Below, piece after piece: positions 19,584 to 28,832 of a DNA stretch of 64,000 nt. The position numbers and the translations under genes are program-made. Position 1 is the first letter of the stretch. Each line of letters opens with the position of its first letter. The stretch is from an uncultured Geobacter sp. (GTDB taxonomy: Bacteria > Desulfobacterota > Desulfuromonadia > Geobacterales > Pseudopelobacteraceae), in assembly GCA_964655435.1 (NCBI GenBank), contig CAZZMP010000004.1:18544-82543 (forward strand). Direction: 5' to 3'. The notes under the pieces were generated by a model. That model saw nothing but the letters and a program-made list of their open reading frames with translations, had not been told where the DNA came from and did no database searches.

Positions 19584-19800
19584 TGCCACCTTCGCACGGC
19601 GGGTCTTTCGGTCGGCGCTTCTATGTTGTCTTCTCATTAGAGCATGCCGCTTGACTTGTTTCCCCTCTTTGCGATCATTTATATACGAATCCTGAGTTAA
19701 AAAACTTAACTTCAACAGATTTGAGACTCATTGACAGATGTATTTCGCAATGTAATACTTTGGCATATATTATTTGGCACTCTTGCCAAGAACTTTAGTT

Positions 19801-19917
19801 ATGGCATATAGGGAAAGAATAGTCGCTGATCCAGATATAATGCTAGGCAGGCCAGTAATCAAAGGGACAAGTATAACGGTTGAATTACTCTTGTCAAAAA
19901 TATTGTACGCCTATTAA
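19801..19917 (+). pseudogene. Truncated DUF433-type small antitoxin-like ORF (38 aa)
   Basis: MAYRERIVADPDIMLGRPVIKGTSITVELLLSKILYAY* has the DUF433 core (dp.i..G.PvikGTri.V..il) but lacks the C-terminal half. A TTGGCA-N4-TGCCAA palindrome at 19774-19789 lies just upstream. Confidence 0.5.
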
Positions 19918-20008
19918 CTACGGATTGATTTTACTTATCACTAATTGCACCTTTACGCTTAAAGTGCTTTTTATAGGTTAACAGGGTTGCTATAAAGGAA
20001 ACCACGGC

Positions 20009-20602
20009 ATGAAAACATCCAGAACCATTAAAAATACCGAACAGAAATACACCTACGCCGATTACCTGACATGGGATGACGACCAGCGATGGGAGCTGAT
20101 CGACGGTGAGGCATATTGTATGAGCCCTGCGCCGGGGGTCAGACACCAGAAACTTTCTGTTGAATTGTCGCGGCAACTTGCCAATCACCTAAAAAGCAAG
20201 CCATGCCAGGTTTTTTCAGCTCCTTTTGATGTTCGTTTGTCAGAACATTCTACATCTAGCGACAACTACATTGAAACCGTTGTGCAACCTGATCTACTGG
20301 TTGTCTGCGATAAAACTAAGTTGGACGACCGTGGCTGTAATGGCGCCCCTGATCTGGTGATTGAAATACTTTCTTCCTCTACCGCAGCCGTTGATTTTAA
20401 GACCAAATTTGATCTGTACGAAAAGTATGGCGTGAAAGAATACTGGATTGTGCATCCTGCTGAAAAGACGCTGATGGTTTTCAAACTACAGGAACATGGC
20501 CGCTATGGAGCACCGGCACGCTATGCCGATTCCGGTGTGGTGCTGGTACCATTGCTGGGTGGCTTGGAAATTGACTTGACGGAGGTGTTTGGAGAGGAAT
20601 AG
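20009..20602 (+). CDS. Uma2 family (DUF820) PD-(D/E)XK-type endonuclease
   Basis: YTYADYLTWDDDQRWELIDGEAYCMSPAPGVRHQKL...QPDLLVVCD...APDLVIEILSSST...KYGVKEYWIV is the typical Uma2 pattern. Confidence 0.8.
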   Translation: MKTSRTIKNTEQKYTYADYLTWDDDQRWELIDGEAYCMSPAPGVRHQKLSVELSRQLANHLKSKPCQVFSAPFDVRLSEHSTSSDNYIETVVQPDLLVVCDKTKLDDRGCNGAPDLVIEILSSSTAAVDFKTKFDLYEKYGVKEYWIVHPAEKTLMVFKLQEHGRYGAPARYADSGVVLVPLLGGLEIDLTEVFGEE

Positions 20603-20627
20603 CAGATATTTCGCAATATAACACAGA

Positions 20628-20684
20628 CGGAATAAAATCCTGTGATGCGGGATCGGTATTTTCATAGACGTCAAACTGAGCCAT
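20628..20684 (-). pseudogene. ccdB-like toxin remnant (first ~19 codons only)
   Basis: MAQFDVYENTDPASQDFIP resembles CcdB N-termini. Its start overlaps the ccdA stop (TGATG). After codon 19 the frame runs antisense into the Uma2 gene and loses any CcdB-like sequence. Confidence 0.55.
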
Positions 20685-20932
20685 CAGAATCTCCTTTTTC
20701 CGGCGGCAAAAACTCCGTGTTCTTCAATATGGGAGTTATAGCATTCTATGGCTGCCTTGTTTTCCTGTAACCATTTTTGCTCAAGTTTTGCTTTGACCAT
20801 TGCCAGAACAGCTTCTTCAAAAACCTGTGACAGATTTACACCAACCTCTTTTGCCGTTTTGATGAGGTCACTGTTCGCATTAAGATTTACCGGTTTTTTG
20901 GGTACTGATCTGTTGTAGACGTCAGTATGCAT
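20684..20932 (-). CDS. ccdA: CcdA-family antitoxin
   Basis: MHTDVYNRSVPKKPVNLNANSDLIKTAKEVGVNLSQVFEEAVLAMVKAKLEQKWLQENKAAIECYNSHIEEHGVF is the typical CcdA pattern (K.vnl.l...Ll..Ar..giNLS...E..L......w..eN..ai..yN). Confidence 0.75.
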   Translation of the reverse strand: MHTDVYNRSVPKKPVNLNANSDLIKTAKEVGVNLSQVFEEAVLAMVKAKLEQKWLQENKAAIECYNSHIEEHGVFAAGKRRF

Positions 20933-21037
20933 GGCACAACCCCTTTGCGTAGTTTTTGTGCGCATATTATGGGCGCAAAATATCTGGTGAAGCAACTGAA
21001 TTTATTCTGGCTCTCACTTCGTCTGGGTCTGTCACTT

Positions 21038-22174
21038 TTATTGCAAGAAAAACAGCTTTATATACTGCTGATTTTCAAAGAAAATCTGATGTACCTTGCC
21101 TGGTGGAACTAACATCTTAAGCATCGGCTCCATATAAGAGAAGAACGCCGCCCCAAGTATTAAGAAGATGATAAAAGGAATAAGGATATAGCCTGCAAGT
21201 CCAAGAAGCAGCCACGCTGCCTTTGTGCCATCTGTTGATGACCAGCTGACGGAACCGGCGGTTTTGCTCAGATCCCTGTATAACTCCACGGCAAAAAGTA
21301 TGCTGAATGGAGCTATTGCCAAAGAGAAAAATGGCCCGACAACCGGTATCATCCCAAGAATCATCCCCAGAACCCAGACAATAACAAGCCTTCCCAAAAC
21401 CGGCAAGAAACGACCGTCAACCAGAGCCTTGCTCTTCAGAAGTGCATCCATCCCCTTCAGATCCTCAGCCACAACCAGATATGCCGCTGCAAAAAACCAG
21501 ATGCTGGTAAGTATCCCTGGAATAAGAAAAAGAAGCGAAGCGCCTCCAACTATAAAGCTGTAGAGGGATGTAACCCAAAGCAGAGATAGCCAGCAGCCAT
21601 TGGCACGGTTAAAAGAGTCTTTAAATCCAAGCCGCTCATCAACTGCAGCAGAAATTGTTGCTGCCATACCCCAGCTGACAATAAGGAATGAAGCGATAAT
21701 AGCCAGCCCCAGAAGCATGAACATCCCTACAGTTGCTCCGAACGAACCTTTTGCAAAGCCACCCATCAAGCCGAAGATAGTTATCGGCGGCGCTACAGCG
21801 GCAAGTCCGGTGGCAATGAATAAACCAATGATAAGAAGCCAGCGCTGTTTGTAAACAGCCCATGTTGTGGAAAACAGCTCGCCTACCGGCATGAGCTGAT
21901 GAGAGAAAGCTGCTTTTGCTCCGGCATTTGCTGATTCCGATTTTTCCTTGATTGGAACAGGAGTTACAGGCAGATTCAAAGCTTCTGACGAAGGAGGAAG
22001 AGGCGGCGGAACAATTACAGTTTCAGGAAGCGGAGGAGGAGAAGGAACAGCATCCTTATCAAATTCAAATATCTGCTTGCATTTTGGACATGTAACCTGC
22101 ACAGGCCTGTCCGGCACCATGCTGTCCGGCATTTCACGAGTAAAGGCACAATGAGGACAAGTTATACGGATCAT
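21038..22174 (-). CDS. Membrane protein with N-terminal MJ0042-type zinc finger
   Basis: MIRITCPHCAFTREMP...VTCPKCKQIFEF zinc ribbon, a Pro-rich linker, then about 6 TM segments. Confidence 0.7.
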   Translation of the reverse strand: MIRITCPHCAFTREMPDSMVPDRPVQVTCPKCKQIFEFDKDAVPSPPPLPETVIVPPPLPPSSEALNLPVTPVPIKEKSESANAGAKAAFSHQLMPVGELFSTTWAVYKQRWLLIIGLFIATGLAAVAPPITIFGLMGGFAKGSFGATVGMFMLLGLAIIASFLIVSWGMAATISAAVDERLGFKDSFNRANGCWLSLLWVTSLYSFIVGGASLLFLIPGILTSIWFFAAAYLVVAEDLKGMDALLKSKALVDGRFLPVLGRLVIVWVLGMILGMIPVVGPFFSLAIAPFSILFAVELYRDLSKTAGSVSWSSTDGTKAAWLLLGLAGYILIPFIIFLILGAAFFSYMEPMLKMLVPPGKVHQIFFENQQYIKLFFLQ

Positions 22175-22299
22175 AGAAAAGACTCCTTGCTGTTGCAGAG
22201 CATATTTTTTAATTATTGCTGCATAGCATGAATTACGCTACAGATGCAAAACTTCTGCTATACTTTGACAAGAATACAAACAGCTACAGGAGGGTTCCA

Positions 22300-23961
22300 A
22301 TGAGATTATTATTACTGATTATTATGTTGACCGGATTTATTCTTCCATCGCTCTCTTCGGCAACAACCAACCGCCTGACCGCACAGACAAACATATCCGC
22401 TGTTACTGTTTATCAGGACAGGGCTCTGGTTACCCGCACAACAACGGTAAAATTAAAGCCTGGCAATCAGATAATTTCAGTTGAAGGCCTGCCTGTTCTT
22501 ATTCAGGACGATTCAGTCAGGGTTGAGGCTAAAGGCACCGCCCGTGCCCTTATTACCGGCATTGAGGTTAAGCGTGGCTTTCTTGCGCAGACTGCAGACA
22601 AGCGTGTCAAGGATATTGATGTGGAAATCAAGCTGTTGGAAAGAAAAATCGGCCTTCTTGATGCCAAAAAAACAGGTCTTATTGCCCAGAAGAAGTTTAT
22701 CGACTCTATAAAGGTAGCATGGGGGGAGAGAATCTCCCATCAACTGGCTGTCGGGAAACCAACATCTACAGAGCTTAATGATGCCATGCTGTTTGTTGGC
22801 AACAATACGGTAAAGGCTGAAGAGCAGGAACGTGATATAGAGCAGGAAAAACTGATTTTAAAGGATCAGATTGATGCACTTAAACGTAAAAAACAGGAGG
22901 TTTCCAGCAGTTATCGAAAGGAAAACAAGAGTATTGAGATCCTTGTAGAGACATCAAAAGAAGGAACAATGACTCTGGATATCTCATCTGTTATTAGCAA
23001 CGCAACATGGGAACCTTTGTACGATGTCCGCCTATCAAGTGATGGAAAGACAGCCGGACTAACATACAGCGCAGATGTAAAACAGCATACAGGAGAAGAC
23101 TGGAACAAGATTAATCTTACACTTTCAACCGCACGTCCGGCAGCCGGCGGCGCCCCTCCAACCCTGTATCCCTGGAACATCTCCTTTTACCGTCCTGTTC
23201 CTCTTGCAGCGCCCTCTATCGCTAAAAGGCAGAGTTCACGCATGTACCAAAAATCCCTGGCTATGGAAATGGAAGATAGCATAATAAATGCAGAGCCAGT
23301 TCCTGAAGCGCCTGCTCCTGTGGCATTTCAAACAGCCGAGGCCAGCCTTGAAAGGACATCTGTCTCCTTCAAGATCCCTGGAACCGTTTCAATACCTTCT
23401 GATAAGAGCAGACACAGCACGACGATTTCCATAGATACAGTTCCGGTATCAACTGAATATCTGACTGTTCCGAAACTTTCACCTCTTGTCTATCTTAACG
23501 CAGAGCTGGTGAACAAGGCATCATGGCCACTTTTGCCTGGCAGCATAAAAATATTCAGCGGTAACACCTTTGTTGGTTCTTCACAGATGAAACAGGTTGC
23601 TTCAGGCGAAACATTTACCCTTCCTTTTGGCAGTGACGAACAGATAACTGTCAAACGGGATGAATTGAAACAGCACAAAGAGGCCGGCATGTTCGGCAAA
23701 AACCGGATGGCTTACAATTGCAGGATAGAGGTAAACAATCTAAGGAAAGAGACACAAAATATAACCATCAAGGATCAACTGCCGCTTGCCGCTGATAACG
23801 AGATAAAGGTTGCACTTGAGGATACAACGCTACCCCCGGCTGAAAAGAAGGATGACGGAACCGTAATCTGGAAACTTAAACTTGCAGCAGGAGAGAAGAG
23901 AACATTCAGCTACATCATCTCCGTTGAATATCCGAAAGACAAAGAGATTAGAGGGTTATAG
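22300..23961 (+). CDS. DUF4139/DUF4140 (MuiA-like) protein, secreted
   Basis: AGGAGG SD before ATG 22300 and a signal peptide. N-terminal ISAVTVYQDRALVTRTTTVKLKPGNQ is typical of DUF4140. A coiled-coil middle and a long beta-rich C-terminus follow. Confidence 0.7.
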   Translation: MRLLLLIIMLTGFILPSLSSATTNRLTAQTNISAVTVYQDRALVTRTTTVKLKPGNQIISVEGLPVLIQDDSVRVEAKGTARALITGIEVKRGFLAQTADKRVKDIDVEIKLLERKIGLLDAKKTGLIAQKKFIDSIKVAWGERISHQLAVGKPTSTELNDAMLFVGNNTVKAEEQERDIEQEKLILKDQIDALKRKKQEVSSSYRKENKSIEILVETSKEGTMTLDISSVISNATWEPLYDVRLSSDGKTAGLTYSADVKQHTGEDWNKINLTLSTARPAAGGAPPTLYPWNISFYRPVPLAAPSIAKRQSSRMYQKSLAMEMEDSIINAEPVPEAPAPVAFQTAEASLERTSVSFKIPGTVSIPSDKSRHSTTISIDTVPVSTEYLTVPKLSPLVYLNAELVNKASWPLLPGSIKIFSGNTFVGSSQMKQVASGETFTLPFGSDEQITVKRDELKQHKEAGMFGKNRMAYNCRIEVNNLRKETQNITIKDQLPLAADNEIKVALEDTTLPPAEKKDDGTVIWKLKLAAGEKRTFSYIISVEYPKDKEIRGL

Positions 23962-24015
23962 GCAGACTGAAGATATTGGAGGAAAACGGGACGACAGGAA
24001 TCGTCCCGTTTCAGT

Positions 24016-24537
24016 TTATGGCAGCATATCAGCAAGAGAGGTCAGGGGGATTCTTTCCGGCAGCTTGATGCTGAATTCACGAAGATAAAGCAGATTAATA
24101 GAGACAAGCAGCTCGTTCAGACGTTCCAGGTCAATCATTGCCTCACCAGGCATCTGAACCATACCGATGCAGTTAAGAGGACAGACATCCACCCTTTTAT
24201 CCTGACCTTCAACCAGCAGTATCGGATAACCATGAGTGCGGCAGATAAGCGGCCGCGACTGATAGAGAAGACAGCGCTCATTAAACAGCAGGGGACATCT
24301 GCCATCATCAGGTGCAAGCGTTAGGCGCTGTTTTAGAAACGCCTGTTGTTCAGCAGGCAGTTTACCCGCAGCCTCAATCATTGCCGCAGCCTCAACAGGA
24401 AAGACAGAAATCGACTGGCAGCAGGAAGAACAACCGGCATGACAGGTTAGTGCATCACCAAGCAGCGTGGCGATCCCCTCGCAAAGGTTATCAACCTTTT
24501 CTAAAAGGCGATGATAGTTTTCCAGCTGTTTTTGCAT
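24016..24537 (-). CDS. YkgJ-family cysteine-cluster protein (CxxCxxCC)
   Basis: HAGCSSCCQ motif plus downstream CPLL...C...RPLICR cysteines. Confidence 0.7.
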   Translation of the reverse strand: MQKQLENYHRLLEKVDNLCEGIATLLGDALTCHAGCSSCCQSISVFPVEAAAMIEAAGKLPAEQQAFLKQRLTLAPDDGRCPLLFNERCLLYQSRPLICRTHGYPILLVEGQDKRVDVCPLNCIGMVQMPGEAMIDLERLNELLVSINLLYLREFSIKLPERIPLTSLADMLP

Positions 24538-24540
24538 ATC

Positions 24541-25527
24541 TTATTGAATTTTCAGGACTATCTTTCCAAAATGTTTATCCTCTTCCATCATTCTGTGAGC
24601 CTCAACAACCTGCTCGAGAGGAAATACCTTTTCAATAATAGGCACTATTGTGCGGTCCGCAAACTTGGGTAAAGCGGTTTTAGTAAACTCTGAAACAATA
24701 GCCGCCTTGTCCTTTACCGGACGTGAACGCAGCACAGAACCTATGATCTGCTGACGTTTTACCATCATAAGCGCCAGGTTAAGCTCTGCCTTGATGCCAC
24801 TTATAATGCCGATAATCACAAGACGGCCTGCATACCCCAGAGAATTCATATTAGGGGACAAATACTTGGCTCCAACATGATCCAGTATCAGGTCAACACC
24901 TTTTTTATTGGTAAACTCCTTGACAGCCTCTGAAAAATCCGGAGTTGTTGTGAAGTCTATGACAAGATCAGCGCCAAGCTCTTTTACCCTCTCCATCTTG
25001 CTCGGATGAGAAGTTACAATTATCTTTGTATCCGGCACCAAAGCCTTGCAGAGCTGTATACCTGCGGTATTTACCCCACCGCCGCCACCGTGAATGATAA
25101 CACTGTTTTTGTTCTGCAGACCGCCAATCATAAAAATGTTGGAAAATGCCGTTATGTATGACTCGCAGATACAGGCAGCCTCTTCAAAAGAGACACCTTC
25201 TGGTATCGGCATCAGATGACTGGCATATGCGACAGCATACTCGGCGCAGGCTCCGCCACCAACCAGAGACATCACTCTCTGACCCAGCTGCCAGCCTTCA
25301 ACTCCGACTCCAATTTCCTCGATAGTACCGGCAACTTCCAAGCCAAGAATCTCTGAATCTCCAGGAGGTGGCGGATACTTGCCTTCACGCTGAACCAGAT
25401 CAGGACGGTTAACCGTAGTGGCGACAACCTTCACAAGTACCTGACCTTCAGCCGGAACAGGCCTGGCTGCTTCACCAATCTTAAGCACATCTACCCCGCC
25501 AAAACCGTCCATCAATACTGCTTTCAT
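24541..25527 (-). CDS. NAD(P)H:quinone oxidoreductase / zeta-crystallin-type medium-chain dehydrogenase
   Basis: 328 aa. MKAVLMDGFGGVDVLKIGE...PDLVQREGKYPPPPG...IIHGGGGGVNTAGIQL fits the Qor family pattern. Confidence 0.85.
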   Translation of the reverse strand: MKAVLMDGFGGVDVLKIGEAARPVPAEGQVLVKVVATTVNRPDLVQREGKYPPPPGDSEILGLEVAGTIEEIGVGVEGWQLGQRVMSLVGGGACAEYAVAYASHLMPIPEGVSFEEAACICESYITAFSNIFMIGGLQNKNSVIIHGGGGGVNTAGIQLCKALVPDTKIIVTSHPSKMERVKELGADLVIDFTTTPDFSEAVKEFTNKKGVDLILDHVGAKYLSPNMNSLGYAGRLVIIGIISGIKAELNLALMMVKRQQIIGSVLRSRPVKDKAAIVSEFTKTALPKFADRTIVPIIEKVFPLEQVVEAHRMMEEDKHFGKIVLKIQ

Positions 25528-25685
25528 ATAAACCTCCTCTTAAATGAAATTATGTTTGAAAATACGAGGCAATTTACCTGCTCATACCAGATTTGTAAAC
25601 TTAAAACAGATTACAGCGCAAACCTTGATTTAAAGAGTTTTTTCTGAGATAAACATACTCAAATTCAAAAGAATGGTAAAATACC

Positions 25686-26432
25686 TTGAATATTCTGGTT
25701 ACTAACGACGATGGCATTGCAGCGCCCGGCATAAAGGCTTTGGCAGATTCACTTGCAAAGATAGGGAATGTAACGGTTGTTGCTCCAGACAGAGAAAGAA
25801 GCGCAGCAGGGCATTCCCTGACCCTTCATTCTCCTTTGCGAGTCTTTGAACTGAAAGAGGCTTGGTACGCTATAGACGGCACCCCAACCGACTGCGTCAA
25901 CATGGGCATTCACAGCCTGCTCCCCTCCCCTCCGGATCTTGTCGTTTCAGGCATCAACCACGGTGGCAATCTTGGAGATGACATAACATACTCCGGCACA
26001 GTTGCTGCGGCCATGGAAGCCACATTGATGGGAATCCCGGCTCTTGCCGTGTCACTTGCAACATTCGGCTCCACGGAACATTTTCCTGATGCAGCGCAGA
26101 TAGCCGTTTTGGTAGTAAACGAAATGATAAAACAGAAGCTGCCAGCAGATACTTTCTTGAATCTTAATGTACCAAACCTTCCTGTTAAGCAGATAAAACC
26201 TTTAATTATAACACGTCAGGGAAAACGTTCCTTCATAGGAAATATTATAGACAAGACAGATCCGAGAGGACGCAAATACTACTGGATAGGCAATGAAGAA
26301 CCAAACTTTCTGGATGAAGAAGGCACAGACTTTAATGCTGTTGGAAAAGGGCATGCCTCCCTCTCCCCTCTGCATCTGGATCTGACTAACTATGCTGCAA
26401 TGGAGAAGCTTAACAGATGGCAATTTGTCTGA
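25686..26432 (+). CDS. surE: 5'/3'-nucleotidase SurE
   Basis: NILVTNDDGIAAPGI...GINHGGNLGDDITYSGTVAAAMEA. TTG start. Confidence 0.9.
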   Translation: MNILVTNDDGIAAPGIKALADSLAKIGNVTVVAPDRERSAAGHSLTLHSPLRVFELKEAWYAIDGTPTDCVNMGIHSLLPSPPDLVVSGINHGGNLGDDITYSGTVAAAMEATLMGIPALAVSLATFGSTEHFPDAAQIAVLVVNEMIKQKLPADTFLNLNVPNLPVKQIKPLIITRQGKRSFIGNIIDKTDPRGRKYYWIGNEEPNFLDEEGTDFNAVGKGHASLSPLHLDLTNYAAMEKLNRWQFV

Positions 26433-26498
26433 TACTGGACATATCTATGCAGTTCTGCTACTCTGCCGCCCATTATTCTTCCAGTCCTGGAGCATGTT

Positions 26499-27152
26499 TT
26501 GCTGAATTTTGAGATTGCCCGCAAAAAAATGGTGCAGGAACAGATAATCAATCGTGGCATTACTAATCCCAAAATTATTGATGCTTTTTTAAAGATTCCA
26601 CGCCATCTGTTTGTGCAGGAAGCGATGGCTGCTCAGGCCTACAGCGACGGTCCGCTCCCGATAGGTGAAAAACAGACCATATCACAGCCATATATGGTCG
26701 CTTATATGACAGACCTCCTTAATCTTTCCGGAAATGAACAGATTCTTGAAATAGGAACCGGTTCAGGCTACCAGACAGCCATTCTTGCCAGCCTGGTAAA
26801 GCGGGTCAGCACTATTGAAAGGATACGCTCTCTGGCTATGCAAGCCAGAAAGGTTCTGGACTCCCTCCATCTTTTGAATATCAATATAAAGATTGGTGAC
26901 GGAACACTGGGCTGGCCGGAAGAAGGCCCTTTTGATGCAATACTCGTAACTGCCGGGGCTCCTGCAGTACCTGAAACAGTTGCAGCACAACTGGCTCCTG
27001 GCGGACGGCTTATAATCCCGGTAGGCGACGAATCAAGCCAGACAATAATCCGTATAATCAAAGAAAAAGATGGCAGCTTAACCAGAGAAACTGGCATTGG
27101 ATGCCGGTTTGTTCCACTTATTGGACAAGAAGGCTGGCAGACAAACTGCTGA
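26499..27152 (+). CDS. pcm: Protein-L-isoaspartate O-methyltransferase
   Basis: [16 protein letters not shown]...[16 protein letters not shown]...[10 protein letters not shown]...GGRLIIPVG. Confidence 0.9.
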   Translation: MLNFEIARKKMVQEQIINRGITNPKIIDAFLKIPRHLFVQEAMAAQAYSDGPLPIGEKQTISQPYMVAYMTDLLNLSGNEQILEIGTGSGYQTAILASLVKRVSTIERIRSLAMQARKVLDSLHLLNINIKIGDGTLGWPEEGPFDAILVTAGAPAVPETVAAQLAPGGRLIIPVGDESSQTIIRIIKEKDGSLTRETGIGCRFVPLIGQEGWQTNC

Positions 27153-27165
27153 AAAAGGAGACTTC

Positions 27166-28119
27166 ATGCATCTGGAGAAACAGCTTCAACAGGAACCGGA
27201 ACTTATAGAACCAGTGCTGGATGATGACCACGAACCTCCTGTTGACTTTTTCGCCACCATAGAAGAAGAGGTCGAAACAGAACTTCTTGATATACCGATA
27301 ATTACTGAAGATATACCACTTGACGATCCGGTAAAGATCTATCTCCGTGATATACAACGGACTCCGCTTCTTAACGCAGAAGCAGAGAAGGAACTGGCGC
27401 TCAAAGTAGAAAAAGGGGATAAAGCAGCCAGAAATCAAATGATCGAAGCAAACCTCAGACTGGTTGTCAAGATCGCAAAACGTTACATAAACAGGGGGCT
27501 TCCGTTTCTTGACCTGATAGAAGAAGGCAACCTTGGCCTTATGAAGGCAGTAGAACGTTTCTCCCTTGAAAAGGAATGCCGCTTTTCAACATATGCCACA
27601 TGGTGGATACGCCAATCCATAGAAAGAGCCCTGGTCAATCAATCCAGAACTATAAGATTGCCTGTACATATATCTGACAGCATAAGCCGTATGATTAAAC
27701 ATACGCGGATTCTCTCAAACGAGCTGCACCGTGAGCCAACGGTTCAGGAACTTGCTGAAACAATGCAGACGAAACCGCTCCAGATCCGAAGATTAATGGT
27801 TCTGCTTAAGCGCACCTGCTCGATAGATGTCCCGATTGGCGAAGGAAATGATTTTTTTCTGGTAGATACCATTGAAGATCAAAACAGCATTCAGCCATCT
27901 GAACTTGTAGAAAATATAGATGATTATGAATTGATTTCAGAACAGTTTGATCAGCTGACCGAGAATGAACTGACTATTCTCGGACTCCGTTTCGGACTTA
28001 ACGATCAGGAGCCTGAAACCCTTGAAACAATAGGTCAGAGATTTGGAGTTACCCGTGAAAGAATCCGTCAGATAGAAGCAAAAGCACTTGAAAAACTGAA
28101 GAAAAACCATAAAAAATAG
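27166..28119 (+). CDS. Sigma-70 family sigma factor, RpoS-like (group 2)
   Basis: SD plus ATG at 27166. Regions 1.2-4 are recognisable ([72 protein letters not shown]). It follows surE-pcm, as rpoS does in gammaproteobacteria. Confidence 0.8.
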   Translation: MHLEKQLQQEPELIEPVLDDDHEPPVDFFATIEEEVETELLDIPIITEDIPLDDPVKIYLRDIQRTPLLNAEAEKELALKVEKGDKAARNQMIEANLRLVVKIAKRYINRGLPFLDLIEEGNLGLMKAVERFSLEKECRFSTYATWWIRQSIERALVNQSRTIRLPVHISDSISRMIKHTRILSNELHREPTVQELAETMQTKPLQIRRLMVLLKRTCSIDVPIGEGNDFFLVDTIEDQNSIQPSELVENIDDYELISEQFDQLTENELTILGLRFGLNDQEPETLETIGQRFGVTRERIRQIEAKALEKLKKNHKK

Positions 28120-28144
28120 TTAGTTACAAATGAAAGGCACGAAC

Positions 28145-28660
28145 ATGGAAGATCTGAAACTGATTATAAGGGATATACCGGATTTCCCTAAAAAAGGGAT
28201 AATCTTCAAGGACATTACAACCTTATTGCAGGACGCAAAATCTTTTTCAAGAATGATAGACACAATCGCCAACCGTTACATTGGTCAGCAGATTGATAAA
28301 GTCGTAGGTGTTGAGGCTAGGGGATTTCTGATAGGCGCAGCCCTGGCTTATCGTCTGGGCGCCGGTGTAGTTCTGGTCAGAAAACCAGGCAAACTGCCGT
28401 CTGAAACCTTCAGCAAGACATATGAGCTTGAATACGGTACAGACACCCTTGAAATCCATAAAGACGCCATGAAGCCAGGGGAAAAAATCCTTATAGCTGA
28501 CGACCTTCTCGCAACAGGGGGTACAGCCGCAGCTGTAGTAGATATGGTAACCCAACTTGGAGGCAATATTGTTGAATGCTGCTTCATGTCTGAATTGACA
28601 TTCCTTGACGGTCGAAAAAAATTACCTGAAGGAAAGGTTTACTCTCTGCTGCAATTCTGA
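28145..28660 (+). CDS. apt: Adenine phosphoribosyltransferase
   Basis: [21 protein letters not shown]...VGVEARGF...[14 protein letters not shown]. Confidence 0.9.
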   Translation: MEDLKLIIRDIPDFPKKGIIFKDITTLLQDAKSFSRMIDTIANRYIGQQIDKVVGVEARGFLIGAALAYRLGAGVVLVRKPGKLPSETFSKTYELEYGTDTLEIHKDAMKPGEKILIADDLLATGGTAAAVVDMVTQLGGNIVECCFMSELTFLDGRKKLPEGKVYSLLQF

Positions 28661-28682
28661 TAAAAAGAATGTCCATTTTTAT

Positions 28683-28759
28683 GTCCCCGTAGCTCAGCAG
28701 GATAGAGCACTTCCCTCCTAAGGAAGGGGCCGGTCGTTCGAATCGACTCGGGGACGCCA
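28683..28759 (+). tRNA. tRNA-Arg (anticodon CCU)
   Basis: Folded by hand. Acceptor gtccccg/cggggac, D-stem gctc/gagc, anticodon stem cttcc/ggaag with loop cuCCUaa, T-arm ggtcg-ttcgaat-cgact, discriminator G and an encoded CCA. Confidence 0.9.
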
Positions 28760-28763
28760 ATAA
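28715..28763 (+). repeat. attL core (3' part of tRNA-Arg plus 4 nt)
   Basis: ctcctaaggaaggggccggTcgttcgaatcgActcggggacgccaataa. Confidence 0.85.
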
Positions 28764-28769
28764 AATCAA

Positions 28770-28801
28770 GGGCTTACGGACTGTTTCTGTAAGCCCTTTT
28801 T
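28770..28801 (+). terminator. Rho-independent terminator after tRNA-Arg
   Basis: gggcttac (28770-28777) pairs with gtaagccc (28789-28796), followed by TTTTT. Confidence 0.7.
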
Positions 28802-28807
28802 GTTTGT

Positions 28808-28832
28808 GCTGTAGTATGTGCTGTAATAGAAT
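28808..28832 (+). repeat. Candidate arm-type integrase binding repeats (left end)
   Basis: GCTGTAGTA-tgt-GCTGTAATAGAAT. The same sequence occurs at 40907-40930. Confidence 0.5.

Noticed and set aside
19515-19715. 66-aa highly basic ORF on the minus strand spanning the tandem repeat
   Set aside because: It uses a TTG start with no SD. The 49-nt repeat period shifts the frame between copies, so the repeat is not conserved as protein. The basic composition follows from the A/T-rich run (aaaaaagaaaaa).
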